64,000 nt of DNA from Mobula hypostoma. Taxonomy: Eukaryota. The stretch is taken from NCBI RefSeq assembly GCF_963921235.1, contig NC_086097.1:250296001-250360000 (forward strand), written 5' to 3'. The position numbers were made by a program, and so were the translations under genes. Of the stretch, positions 49,030 through 61,730 are shown in pieces. A model generated the notes under the pieces. That model was given only the letters and a program-made list of their open reading frames with translations, made no database searches and had not been told where the DNA came from. Position 1 is the stretch's first letter; each line of letters begins with the position of its first letter.

Positions 49030-52000
49030 CGAAGGGCAGAGAGGGTGGTGTTGCTCTGTTTGTAAAGAGTGAAATCAAATCATTAGAAAGATAGGGTTGG
49101 AAGGTGTTGAATCATTGTGGGTAGAGCTGAGGACCTGCAAGGGTTAAAAGACTCTGATGAGAGTCTTATACAGACCCCAAACAATAGTGAGGATGTCGCC
49201 TACAAATTACAACAGGAGATGGAAAATGCATGCTAAATGTTACAATAGTCATGGGGGATTTTAATATGGAGGTAGGTTGGGAAAATCAGATTGGTGCTGG
49301 ATTCCAAGCGGGGGATTTTCTAGAATGCCTACAAGATGGCTTTTTAGAGCCGCTCATTACTGAGCCCACTAGGGGATCAGCTAATCTGGAGTGGGTGTTG
49401 TGCAATGAACCAGAACTGATTAGAGAGCTTAAGGTAAAAGGTCCTTTAGGGGAAAGTAATGGTAATACTATCAAATTCACCCAGAAATTTGAAAAGGAGA
49501 AGCTAAAGTCAGATGTATCACTATTATAATGGAGTAAAGGGAATTACAGAGGCATGAGAGAGGAGTTGGCCAGAATTGATTGGAAAAGAACACTGGCAGG
49601 GATGATGGCAGAGCAGCAGTGGCTGGGATTTCTGGAAGCAACTCGGAAAGCACAGGATATATGCATCCCAAAGTGGAAGAAGTATTCTAAAGCAAGATGA
49701 CACAACCATGGCTAACAAGAGAAGTCAAAACCAACATAAAAGCCAAAGAGAGGACATATAATAGAGCAAAAATTAGTGGGAAGTTAGAGGATTGGGAAGC
49801 TTTTATAAACTAACAGAAGCCAACTAAAAAAGTCATTAAGAAGGTAAAGATGGATTATGAAAATAAGCTAGCCAATAATGTTAAAGAGGATACCAAAAGT
49901 TTCTTCAGATACATAAAATGTAAAACAAAGGCAAGGGTGAACATTGGACCACTAGAAAGCAATGCTGTATTAATGGGGGACAAGGAAATGGCGAATGAAC
50001 TGAATACGTATTTTGCATCAGTCTTCACTGTGGAAGACACTAGCAGTACAGTGGAAGTTACAGGTGTCAGGGTCATGAACAGTGTGAAGTTGCCATAACT
50101 AAGGAGAAGGTTCTTGGGAAACTGAAATGCCTGAAGGTAGATAAGTCACTTGGACCAGAGGATGTACACCCCAGGGTTCTGAAAGAGGTGCCTGAAATGA
50201 TTGTGGAAGCATTAGTAATGATCTTTCAAGAACCACTAGATTCTGGAATGGTTCCAGAAGACTGGAAAATTGCAAATGTCACTCCAATCTTCAAGAAGGG
50301 AGAGAGGGAGAAGAAAAGAAACTATAGGACAATTAGCCTGACCTCGGTGGTTGGGAAGATGTTGGAGTCGATTATTAAGGATGAGGTCTCAGGGTATTTG
50401 GAGGCTCATGATAAAATAGACCTTAGTCAGCATGGTTTCCTCAAGGGAAAATCTTGTCTGACAAATTTGATGTAATTCTTTGAAGAATCTGTACAGATTG
50501 AAAAGGAGGAGGTGCTTGCTGTCTTGAGGAAAATTAAAGTGGATAAATCCCTGGGACCTGACAGAGTGTTCCCTCTGACCTTGAAGGAGACTAGTGTTGA
50601 AATTGCGGGGGCCCTAGCAGAAATATTTAAAATGTCGCTGTCTATGGGTGAAGTGCCGGAGGATTGGAGAGTGGCTCATGTTGTTCCGTTGTTTAAAAAA
50701 GGATCAAAAAGTAATCCGGGAAATTATAGGCCGGTGAGTTTAACGTCAGTAGTAGGTAAGTTATTGGAGGGAGTACTAAGAGACAGAATCTACAAGCATT
50801 TGGATAGACTGGGGCTTATTAGGGAGAGTCAACATGGCTTTGTGCGTGGTAGGTCATGTTTGACCAATCTGTTGGAGTTTTTCGAGGAGGTTACCAGGAA
50901 AGTGGATGAAGGGAAGGCAGTGGATATTGTCTACATGGACTTCAGTAAGGCCTTTGACAAGGTCCCGCATGGGAGGTTAGTTAGGAAAATTCAGTCGCTA
51001 GGTATACAAGGAGAGGTGGTAAATTGGATTAGACATTGGCTCGATGGAAGAAGCCAGAGAGTGGTGGTACAGAATTGCTTCTCTGAGTGGAGGCCTGTGA
51101 CTAGTGGTGTGCCACAGGGATCAGTGCTGGGTTCATTGTTATTTGTCATCTATATCAATGATCTGGATAATAATGTGGTAAATTGGATCAGCAAGTTTGC
51201 TGATGATACAAAGATTGGAGGTGTAGTAGACAGTGAGGAAGGTTTTCAGAGCCTGCAGAGGGATTTGGACCAGCTGGAAAAATGGGCTGAAAAATGGCAG
51301 ATGGAGTTTAATACTGACAAGTGTGAGGTATTGCACGTTGGAAGGACAAACCAAGGTAGAACATACAGGGTTAATGGTAAGGCACTGAGGAGTGCAGTGG
51401 AACAGAGGGATCTGGGAATACAGATACAAAATTCCCTAAAAGTGTCGTCACAGGTAGATAGGGTCGTAAAGAGAGCTTTTGGTACATTGGCCTTTATTAA
51501 TCGAAGTATTGAGTATAAGAGCTGGAATGTTATGATGAGGTTGTATAAGGCACTGGTGAGGCCGAATCTGGAGTATTGTGTTCAGTTTTGGTCACCAAAT
51601 TACAGGAAGGATATAAATAAGGTTGAAAGAGTGCAGAGAAGGTTTACAAGGATGTTGCCGGGACTTGAGAAACTCAGTTTGCAGAGAAAGGTTGAATAGG
51701 TTGGGACTTTATTCCCTGGGGCGTAGAAGAATGAGGGGAGATTTGATAGAGGTATATAAAATTATGATGGGTATAGATAGAGTGAATGCAAGCAGGCTTT
51801 TTCCACTGAGGCAAGGGGAGAAAAAAACCAGAGGACATGGGTTAAGGGTGAGGGGGGAAAAGTTTAAAGGGAACATTAGGGGGGGCTTCTTCACACAGAG
51901 AGTGGTGCGAGTATGGAATGAGCTGCCAGCCGAGGTGTAAATGCGGGTTCTTTTTTAACATTTAAGAATAAATTGGACAGATACATGGATGGGAGGTGTA

Positions 52001-53325
52001 TGGAGGGATATGGTCCGTGTGCAGGTCAGTGGGACTAGGCAGAAAATGGTTTGGCACAGCCAAGAAGGGCCAAAAGGCCTGTTTCTGTGCTGTAGTTTCT
52101 ATGGTTCTATGGTAAATAACAAGCAAGATAGACAAAGGAGATTTGGTTGATGTTGTGTATTTGGATTTTCAGAAGGTGTTTGACAAGGTGCCACACATGA
52201 GGCTGCTTAACAAGCTATGAGCCCATGGTATTACAGGAAAGATTCTAGCGTGGATAAAGCAGCGGCTGATTGACAGGAAGTGGAGCGGGAATTTTCTGGT
52301 TGGCTGCTGATGACTAGTGGTGTTCCACAAGGGTCTGAGTTTGGACTGATTCTTTCTATGTTACTTGTCCACAGTCTGGATGATGGAATTGATGGCTTTG
52401 TTGTAAAGTCTGCAGACAATATGAAGATAGGTGGAGGGGCAGATAGTTTTGAGGAAGTAGAGAGGCTAAAAAAGGACTTAAGCAGATTAGAAGAATGAGC
52501 AAAGAAGTGGTAGATGGAATACAGTGTCGGGAAGTGTATGGTCATGCACTTTGGTAGAAGAAATGAAAGAATTGACTACTTTCTAAATGGAGAGAAAATA
52601 CAAAAAACAGAGGTGCAAAGGGACTTGGGAATCCTTGTGCAGGATTCCCTAAAGGTTCATTTACAGTTTGAGTCTGTGGTGAGGAAGGCAAATGCAATGT
52701 TAGCATTCATTTCAAGAGGACTAAAATATAAAAACAAGGATGTAATGTTGAGACTTTATAAAGCACTGGTGAGGCCCCACTTGGAGTATTGTCAGCAGGT
52801 TTGGTCCCCTTATCTCAGAAAGGATGTGCTGAGACACATCTTAGAAAGAGTTCAAAGGAGGTTCATGAAAGTGATTCCAGTCTTGTCACATGAAGAGTGT
52901 CTGATGGCTCTGGGCCTGTATTCACTAGAATTCATAAGAATGAGGGGTGACCTAATTGAAACCTATTGAATGGTAAAAGGCCTTGATAGAGTGGATGTGG
53001 GAGAGGACATTTTCTATGGTGAGAGAGTCTAAGATCAGAGGACACAGCCTCAGAATAGAGGGGCATCCTTTTAGAACGGAGATGAGAAGGAATTTCTTTA
53101 GCCAGAGAGTGGTGAACCCGTGGAATTCTTTGCTACAGGCATCTGTGGAGGCCAAGTCATTGGGTATATTTAAGGTAAAGGTTGATAGATTCTTGATTAG
53201 TCAAGGCATGGAGGGATATGGGGAGAAGACAGGAGATTGGGGTTGAGTGGAAAAATGGATCAGCCATGTTGAAATGGGCCAAGTGGCCTAACTCGGCTCA
53301 TATATCTTACGGTCATACGGTCTTA
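49030..53325 (+). mobile_element. Old CR1 interrupted by a younger CR1 (~50489-52112), in the last CCN3 intron
   Basis: Host sequence ..TTCTTTGAAGAA resumes as ..AATAACAAGC after the insert; the insert has a 395-aa RT ORF (50512-51699). Confidence 0.9.
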
Positions 53326-53860
53326 TAAAGATTAGTTTTATTTGTCAAACGTACATTGAAACCCAATGAAATGCATCGTTTGGACCAATGACCTACACAG
53401 TCTGAAGGTGCTTCTCGGGCCAGCATAGAATGCCCACAATTTACTAACCCCATGTGTTTTAGTCTGTGGGAGGAAACTGGAACACCCAGAGGAAAGCCAT
53501 GCGGTCACAGGGAGAACATACAAAGTCCTTACAGACAGTGGGGGGAGTTGTACCCCAGAATGACTGCTTGCTGTAACAGTGTTACGCTAACTGCTCATCA
53601 GTGCATGTTAAGGTTTAGCTGAGGCCACAGAAGAACAAAATCATGCTGCAGTTGGTTCAGTCATAAGGACATTGAGGACAGAGGAATAAGTTTCAGTTTT
53701 TGACACTACGAACGGAGAATGATTTTGTGGTTTACACACAGATGTGAGGTACAGGCCCCTTGGATACTGTAGCAGGACGCAGTTCCAAGGGGTACCACAT
53801 GGGGGAGCTGCAGTTCAACAGTATGTGCACACATCAGCTTTTAGATTCAAGATACAAACA

Positions 53861-55572
53861 CAGTGGATTCCAGTTAATTAGGCCATCGATTAATCGAGGC
53901 AGCCGCTTATTTAGGATGCCCCTTAAAAAACAAAAACTCATCCAGAAAATAACCAGGATCCTCTTTGTTTATTTTGGACACTATGTCGTTTAATTGGAAC
54001 AGGTGACTTTGCCAAACAGTTTCGAACTAGCAAACACGAGGAATTCTGCAGATGCTGGAAATTCAAGCAACACACATCAAAGTTGCTGGTGAACGCAGCA
54101 GGCCAGGCAGGCTTCGTCAGGACGAAGGGTCTCGGCCCGAAACGTCGACTGTACCTCTTCCTATATGTGCTGCCTGGCCTGCTGCGTTCCACCAGCACTT
54201 TTTATGTGTGAAGCTAATTAATTAGGTGCCGCCCAGGGTGATTTGAGTCTCTCAGAAACTGCTGATCTCCTGGGATTTTTACACACAACAAACTCTGGAG
54301 TTTACAAAGAACGGTGCCAAAAACAAAAAAACATCCAGCCAGTGGCTGTTCTGTGAATGAAAACATCTTGTTAAATCCACTCGCTGGATATTTTTTTGTT
54401 TTTGGCACCATTCTTTGTAAACCCCAGAGTCTGTTGTGCGTAAAAATCCCAGGCGATCAGCAGTTTCTGAGATACTCAAATCATCCTGGGTGGTACCTAA
54501 TTAATTAGCTTGTTTATTGCGGCTTTTTTCTTAAAGAGGTGCCGGACGTGCTCTGGCGTGCTCCTGCTGGCCAGGAGTGAAAATTAAACAATTTCACTAC
54601 TTCAACAAGTAGTTTGAAAAATTTGAAGGTATCAACAATCATTTTGAATGGCTGGAAGCTCGTGGGCTGTATTCCCTGGAGTTCAGGAGAATGAGGAGGG
54701 ATCTCCTAGAAACTTTCCGAATGTTATAAGGCCTGAACAGATTAGATATGGCCAAGTTATTTCCCAAGGTAGGGGATTCTAGGACAAGAGGGCATGGCTT
54801 CAGGATTAAAGGACGTCCACTTAGAACTGAGATGCAGAGAAATTACTTTCGTCAGAGGGTGGTAAATCTGTGGAATTTGTTGCCATGAGCGGCTGTGGTG
54901 GCCAAGCCATTGGGTATATTTAAGGTACAGATAGATAGGTTCTTGATTAGCCAGGGCATCAAAGGGTATGGGGAGAAGGCAGGGAAGTGGGGATGACTGG
55001 AAGAATTGGATCAGCCCATGATTGAATGGCGGAGCAGACTCGATGGGCCAAATGGCTCCTATATCTTATGGTCTTTATGTTACAATGAAAATGAAGATTT
55101 GGAGGATGCAAAAGTTTCTAACTAGCGTCAGTTGTGTGCATTGGCTTGGCCATTAGACACTACACTACACCGTGCTTAGAGTCATCAGTTTCTAAATAGC
55201 ATCAGTTGTGTATGCTTGGGTTATGTTACTAATTCGGGCCAACCGATGCCGAATTAAAAAGCAGTGATTTTTGATACTACTTCATGCAGGAAGGCAATGA
55301 AGACAATCCATTATCTACACTGGATGCCCGCGTTGATTTTGTTCATTTACAGTCAATCAAAACAGCACAGCTCTGTACACTGAATAATTCCTCCACCAAT
55401 AACTATTAGGAACTGATACAGTTTTATAACACTGCAGTATTTCATTTAAATACATCATTTGTTACCCAGTTAAAAAATAGTTTGTCCTTTTTAAACTACA
55501 TCCATGAAACTTTGACTAATAGGGGAAGCCGCTGAATTGGGCCAATATGTCCCAGTTAACCGGAATCCACTG
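53861..55572. mobile_element. Tigger-like non-autonomous DNA transposon with nested PLE-derived, Tc1 foldback and CR1 inserts
   Basis: TIRs CAGTGGATTCCAGTTAA ... TTAACCGGAATCCACTG followed by TA. Confidence 0.7.
54211..54511. repeat. ~300-bp imperfect palindrome (foldback) of a Tc1 transposase segment
   Basis: AAGCTAATTAATTAGG...CCTAATTAATTAGCTT with ~135-bp arms homologous to the Tc1 piece at 25190-25400. Confidence 0.85.
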
Positions 55573-55666
55573 TATGGCAGCAGCCGAATCGTCCTATTGA
55601 GCCCTAGTTAAAAACAAAAATGTCCATTGTTGGTGCCATTCGCCAGGACTGGAGATTTATACTCAC

Positions 55667-55872
55667 TTTGGTGGTGACTTTATAATCACACGGCCGAATT
55701 TCACAAAGTCGTATTTCCTTCACCATATCACAGTGGAGGTTGTAACTTGTCAGACGGGTGGAAGTGCCCATACCACAGGTTTTGGAGCAGACACTCCACG
55801 GTGTCGTCTGCTGTATGCAGTTCAGACCAGGTCCACTTAAATCCAAGTCGTAGGTCACCTCCTGTCTGTAAG
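55667..55872 (-). CDS. CCN3: CCN3 TSP1-domain exon
   Basis: TTGCAG acceptor, AAA|GTGAGT donor, 206 nt. Encodes YRQEVTYDLDLSGPGLNCIQQTTPWSVCSKTCGMGTSTRLTSYNLHCDMVKEIRLCEIRPCDYKVTTK with 6 TSP1 cysteines. Confidence 0.92.
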
Positions 55873-55989
55873 CTGCAAGAAAGAACATTATTTTCTTACG
55901 CAGAGGCATGACAGAGGTAATAGAATTTCTAATAATTGTTTTAGACCTTCCATAGTTCAGGACCAACCGTGGATATTGTGTCGTAGCTG

Positions 55990-56745
55990 TCTGCATGAGG
56001 AGGAAGCCAGGGCAGTACAAGACAGCAAACTGTTGCCCATGCAGCAAGCATTTGGCAATTAGCTTGCAGATGTTTCATCGCAAGTCGAGGGGACATCCTC
56101 AGTTGGTGTTTATCTCTGGGAGTGCTCGCATTTATATAGGCCCCTGTTTGCTTGCATTCAGTTCTGATTGGCCAGCCCTTCAGTTGACCTTTGAATTCTA
56201 TTAGTGTTTCCTTGGCTCTTAGGGGTTTGTAGATGCTGTCTATTTCGATATGTTTGTTTACGGAGTTATCAGAAGAGAACCACGTTCCTAACAATTCTCG
56301 TGCCTGCTCCGAGTTTGCCTGCGCTAGAACCTCCGTGGTGCCCCTGTCATGGTGGTGTCCTTCTCGGTCTTCGTGTTCTGAGATTGGATCATGTCTCCAT
56401 ACCGCCAGTTTGTATTCTCGTAAACGAGTCGAGAGTTTACGTCCTGTCTGGCTGACGTGGTTCTTGTTGCAGTTTCCGCAGGTGATCCCGTACCCCACAT
56501 TTTCACCTTGGTTCCTAAGACGAGCTTCTTTAAAGTCACTGTTGGTTTGTGAACGATTATGATGCTTGTGGGGCTTAAGGAGTTGAGCTGTCATTGCTGA
56601 TAGGAGCAGCCAATCGGGACTGAGGTACGTGAACTGGGGTCCTATGTAAACGCGAGCCCTCCCAGAGAGAAACACCAGCAACTGTGCTCTGATCATGTCA
56701 CCTTGACTGGTGAGGAAACGTCTGCAAGCCTATTGCCAATCTCGG
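55990..56745 (-). mobile_element. Penelope fragment (GIY-YIG) with an inverted pLTR copy, in a CCN3 intron
   Basis: NVGYGITCGNCNKNHVSQTGRKLSTRLREY...NKHIEIDSIYKPLR; hammerhead-like CTGAGGA..GAAAC on minus (~56070-56102) and CTGATCA..GAAAC on plus (~56689-56719). Confidence 0.75.
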
Positions 56746-56963
56746 CGAACACCGCAACAGCAAGTATAGACAATACTGAGGCCATTGTCTTTCGTCATCA
56801 CAACATGCCTGACACCCATCTTGTTTGGACAGAGAGTCCTGGTTGTCATTCCCATGTGGGATAGTGGTGGAACTGAGGCCAAAGGTGTTGGAGACACAAT
56901 GATGGGAGCAGCCACAGGGCAGCCATAGACAACACGTTGCATCGTGCCAAGCTGGCACCTTAC

Positions 56964-57215
56964 CTGCCATTGTAAATCCTCTAAGAGGGGCTTCTTGCTT
57001 GTGGTCACACACCCACTGTTCACAGCATTCTCCTGGTACCTGGACTTGCTTGGGAAATGGACAATCGGGGCTAGGCAGGAGGATATCCAAATTACAGCGG
57101 GGTACACAACCAATCAGACCATCTTTGCAGGAGCACCGATACTTGCAGCTTGGCTGGAAGGTCTCCCCGTTCCGATAGACAACACCACCGTACATGCAGA
57201 TACTGCCTTGCCGTG
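56964..57215 (-). CDS. CCN3: CCN3 (NOV) VWC-domain exon
   Basis: TTTAG acceptor, GCAG|GTAAG donor, 252 nt. Encodes RQGSICMYGGVVYRNGETFQPSCKYRCSCKDGLIGCVPRCNLDILLPSPDCPFPKQVQVPGECCEQWVCDHKQEAPLRGFTMA. CCN3-like residues (PRCNLD.LLP, GF.MAAYRQE) and adjacency to ENPP2 support CCN3. Confidence 0.92.
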
Positions 57216-60200
57216 CTAAATTTCAAAGAGAAAAGGCAGGCAGTTTACATTATTCTGTTTATGTGCTTTCATTAAGATTAGAAAATCCTATATTTGAACA
57301 ATAACAACACAGTGAATCCTGATTAATTGGTACACATTGGGACCAGTACCAGCATGGCCCAATTAAGTGGATGCCCCAATTAACTGAAGTTTCATGGAAA
57401 TAGTTAAAAAAGTATTACAAAGACAATCTACTGATTAACAAATTATGTATTTAAATTTAACAATAATTTGGGTCTTGTTTAACCAATCTTATAGTGCTTC
57501 TTGAGGAAGTTACTAGGAAAGTTGATTAAGGTAAGGCAGTGGATATTGTCTAATAGACTTCAGCAAGGCACCTGACAAGGTCCCACATGAGAGTCTGGTC
57601 AAGAAGTTTCAGTCACTCGGCATTCAGGATGAGGTAATAAATTGCATTAGACAATGGCTTTGTGGGAGAGGCCAGAGAGTGGTAGTAGAGGGTTGCCTAT
57701 CTGACTGGAGGCCTGTGACCAGCGGAGTGCCACAGGGATCAGTGCTGTTTGTCAACTTTGTCAATGATCTGGATGATAATGTGGTTAACTGGATCAGCAG
57801 ACTTGTGGATGTCACCAAGATTGAGGGTGTAGTGGACAGCATGGGATCTGGACCAGCTGGAAAACATAGAAACATAGAAAATAGGTGCAGGAGTAGGCCA
57901 TTCAGCCCTTCGAGCCTGCACCACCATTCAGTATGATCATGGTTGATCATCCAACTCAGAACCCTGTACCTGCCTTCTCTCCATACCCCCTGATCCCTTT
58001 AGCCACAAGGGCCATATCTAACTCCCTCTTAAATATAGCCAATGAACTGGCCTCAACTGTTTCCTGTGGCAGAGAATTCCACAGATTCACCACTCTCTGT
58101 GTGAAGAAGTTTTTCCTAATCTCAGTCCTAAAAGGCTTCCCCTCTATCCTCAAACTGTGACCCCTCGTTCTGGACTTCCCCAACATCGGGAACAATCTTC
58201 CTGCATCTAGCCTGTCCAATCCCTTTAGGATTTTATACATTTCAATCAGATCCCCCCTCAATCTTCTAAATTCCAACGAGTACAAGCCCAGTTCATCCAG
58301 TCTTTCTTCATATGAAAGTCCTGCCATCCCAGGAATCAATCTGGTGAACCTTCTTTGTACTCCCTCTATGGCAAGAATGTCTTTCCTCAGATTAGGGGAC
58401 CAAAAATGGTAGATGGAATTTAAACAACACACACACACACACACAAAATGCTGGAGGAACTCAGCAGTTCAGGCAGCATCTTCAGAGGAATAAAGAGTCA
58501 ACATTTCAGGCTGAGACCCTTTATCAGGACTGGAAAGGAAAGGGGAGTAAGGAAGTGGGGGAGGGCAAGAAGTGCAAGCTGGCAGATGATAGGTGAAGCC
58601 AGGTGGGTGGTGAGGGGGAGTGAAGTAAGAAGCTGGAAGGTGATAGGTGGAAAGGGCAAAGGGCTGAAGAAGAAGGAATCTGATAAGAGGGAAGAGTGGA
58701 CCATGGGTGAAAGGCGACCAGAGATATCAGTGATCCTGCCATCAGTTTGGAGACTATCCAAACATGGAACAAGGTGTTGCTCCTTCAACCTGAGATTTAT
58801 TTGGTTGATGTTCCCAAGTATGTTGCTGAAAGTGGTACACTGCACTGAAATGTTTTTGCATGAATGTATTTAAAACAATTTGAGATATACTGAATAAGTC
58901 AAATCAAATAGAGGAAGGGTCCTTGTCAGGCACCATTTGGCTCTGAGGAGCCCCTGCCCACTGGTGCCAGAATCAGGCTGATTCCACCAAGTGCCAACAG
59001 CTACTGTTGGTGTGTCCTTCACCAGGGGCACACCTCATGCTCGCTAGTGCAACCAACTCAACCCTGGGAGCCCGGTCTCTGGTTTGTGCCAGCTGAGCGA
59101 TCCTCGGTGAAGGAGCAAGGTCTTTCGTTCTGTCTGCCTCGCCTCGGCCCTCCTCCAGGTCCTGTGCTGTGGCAGCAGAACCTTCAGAAGATCAAGTCAA
59201 GTCACTTTTTATTGTCATTTCGACTGTAACTGCTGGCACAGTACACAGTAAAAACGAGACAACGTTTTTCAGGACAATGGTGCTACATGAAACAATACAA
59301 AAACTACACTGAACTACGTAAAACAACACAAAAACTACACTAGACTACAGACCTACCCCAGACTGCATGAAGTACACAGAACAGTGCAGGCATTGCAATA
59401 AATAATAAACAAGACAATAGGCACAGCGGAGGGCAGTAGGTTGGTGGTCCGATGGCTTGGGGGAAAAACTGTTACATAAATTAACAGCTGAATGGCGGCG
59501 TCCGGGATTCCATCCGTTTCTGTACTCCTGCCGAGTATTTCGTTGGAGTCGGATGTCGTCCAATTTGATGTCCATTGGAGAGCAGAATGGACGGGAGAGC
59601 TGGCTGGCTAGGGTTGCTTTTTTCCTGGCACGGACTCCTGCCCGCTCGCCTCACTTCCGCTTCCTCACACACCGCTCATGACATCCCCACCTCCGGCCAC
59701 TGGCATCAGGTGACTCCGATGACTACGGGCCCGATTCCCTCAGCAAGCCGAGGTCACGCAATTTAACCAGCAGATCTTCATGAAACATAGAAACATAGAA
59801 AATAGGTGCAGGAGTAGGCCATTCGGCCCTTCGAGCCTGCACCGCCATTTATTATGATCATGGCTGATCATCCAACTCAGAACCCCGCCCCAGCCTTCCC
59901 TCCATACCCCCTGACCCCCGTAGCCACAAGGGCCATATCTAACTCCCTCTTAAATATAGCCAATGAACTGGCCAGAAGGTTTGTTTTTGGGTGATCTCTG
60001 TATTATAGATCCGTCAAGGAGTGGGGACACGGCTCAATAGTAGAAACCCCATCCTTGACCTCTCCACCAGCGTCTCTGAGGCTGTGCCTGGATCTCAATG
60101 TCCTTTGAGCCACACTGGCTAGTCATTCCAGATTAGGAATGGGGGGGCCAGCTTTTGCAACCAGCCACCTCCGGGTCCCTGTCCGGTTACACCTTCCCAA

Positions 60201-60284
60201 GCACTGATCCTGCCTCGGTCACCCGGTACTGTGGGCACTGCCAGTGGTCCCAAGGTGAAGCACTAGGGCAGGCTTAGTCCATGC

Positions 60285-61190
60285 TGGGGCTCAGGAGATC
60301 CGGGAAGCACTAGGAGAGGCTCAGGAGGTCTGGGAAGCACTAGGGGAGGCTCAGAAGATCCGGGAAGTACTAGGGGAGGCTCAGGAGATCTGGGAAGCAC
60401 TAGGGGAGGCTCAGAAGATCCGGGAAGTACTAGGGGAGGCTCAGGAGATCTGGGAAGCACTAGGGGAGGCTCAGAAGATCCGGGAAGTACTAGGGGAGGC
60501 TCAGGAGATCTGGGAAGTACTAGGGGAGGCTCAGAAGATCCGGGAAGTACTAGGGGAGGCTCAGAAGATCCGGGAAGTACTAGGGGAGGCTCAGGAGATC
60601 TGGGAAGCACTAGGGGAGGCTCAGGTGATCTGGGAAGCACTAGGGGAGGCTCAGGAGATTCAAGAAGCACAGGGGAGGCTCAGGAGATTCAAGAAGCACT
60701 AGGGAAGGCTCAGGAGATCTGGGAAGCTCTAGGGGAGGCTCAGGAGATCTGGGAAGCACTAGGCGAGGCTCAGGAGATCTAGGAAGCACTAGGGGAGGCT
60801 CAGAAGATCCGAGAAGTACTAGGGGAGGCTCAGGAGATCTGGGAAGTACTAGGGGAGGCTCAGGAGATTCAAGAAGCACAGGGGAGGCTTAGGAGATCTG
60901 GGAAGCTCTAGGTCAGGCTCAGGAGATCTGGGAAGCACTAGGGGAGGCTCAGGAGATCTAGGAAGCACTAGGGGAGGCTCAGAAGATCTGAGAAGTACTA
61001 GGGGAGGCTCAGGAGATCTGGGAAGTACTAGGGGAGGCTCAGGAGATTCAAGAAGCACAGGGGAGGCTTAGGAGATCTGGGAAGCTCTAGGTCAGGCTCA
61101 GGAGATCTGGGAAGCACTAGGGGAGGCTCAGAAGATCTGGGAAGCACTAGGGGAGGCTCAGGAGATCTGGGAAGTAGTAGGGGAGGCTCA
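60285..61190. repeat. 30-bp minisatellite, ~30 copies
   Basis: Unit TCAGGAGATCTGGGAAGCACTAGGGGAGGC with variants. Confidence 0.95.
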
Positions 61191-61483
61191 GTTCATGCTG
61201 GGGCTCAGGAGACCCCATGTTGCTCACAACGTGGGGAGGGGTGGTTTGGCCCCAGGCGAGACCCTTTACTGGTGCACACACCGACAGGTGATGTCATGGT
61301 CTCTGACCATCCACACCCAGTGAGAGTCATTCTGAAACCTCCGGATGACCCTCCCCCCACTTGGAATGTGTCCCGGGATCTCCTGCGTCACAGCATCCGA
61401 ATGAGTCAGGGTCCTGGAGCCCAACCTTCAGGGTCAGTGCTGCAGCCCTCAGGCCCTTCAGATTCTTCGACACCTGGGTGGGA

Positions 61484-61730
61484 GGGGTCACATTCACCAC
61501 ATTCAGGGTCAGTGGTGGGAGAGGGGGGGTCACATTTCCCACATTCAGGGCTGGTGGTGGGAGAGGGGGGGTCTCATTCCCCACATTCAGGGCTGGTGGT
61601 GGGGGGGGGGGTCACATTCCCCACATTCAGGGCTGGTGGTGGGAGAGGGGGGGACACATTCACCACATTCAGGGCCACTGGTGGGGGGGGGGTCACATTC
61701 ACCACATTCAGGGCCAGTGGTGGGAGGGGG
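61484..61730. repeat. ~40-bp G-rich minisatellite, 6 copies
   Basis: Unit GGGGTCACATTCACCACATTCAGGGCTGGTGGTGGGAGAGG. Confidence 0.9.

Noticed and set aside
54112..54152. Active hammerhead
   Set aside because: The inversion junction removes the CU of CUGANGA and the 5' strand of stem I.
55941..56696. 251-aa ORF as an alternative CCN3 exon or new gene
   Set aside because: Chimera of an inverted pLTR and a decayed Penelope GIY-YIG whose motif is degenerate.
59047..59190. Candidate CCN3 IGFBP exon (FCCH on the minus strand)
   Set aside because: Cysteine spacing does not match IGFBP and the frame hits a stop.
60263..61058. Proline-rich ORFs (PEPPLVLPRS)n
   Set aside because: Translation of a 30-bp minisatellite; frames are broken by 29-bp units and no splice signals were seen.
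60285..61190. CRISPR-like array
   Set aside because: Contiguous tandem units with no unique spacers, no cas genes, eukaryotic context.
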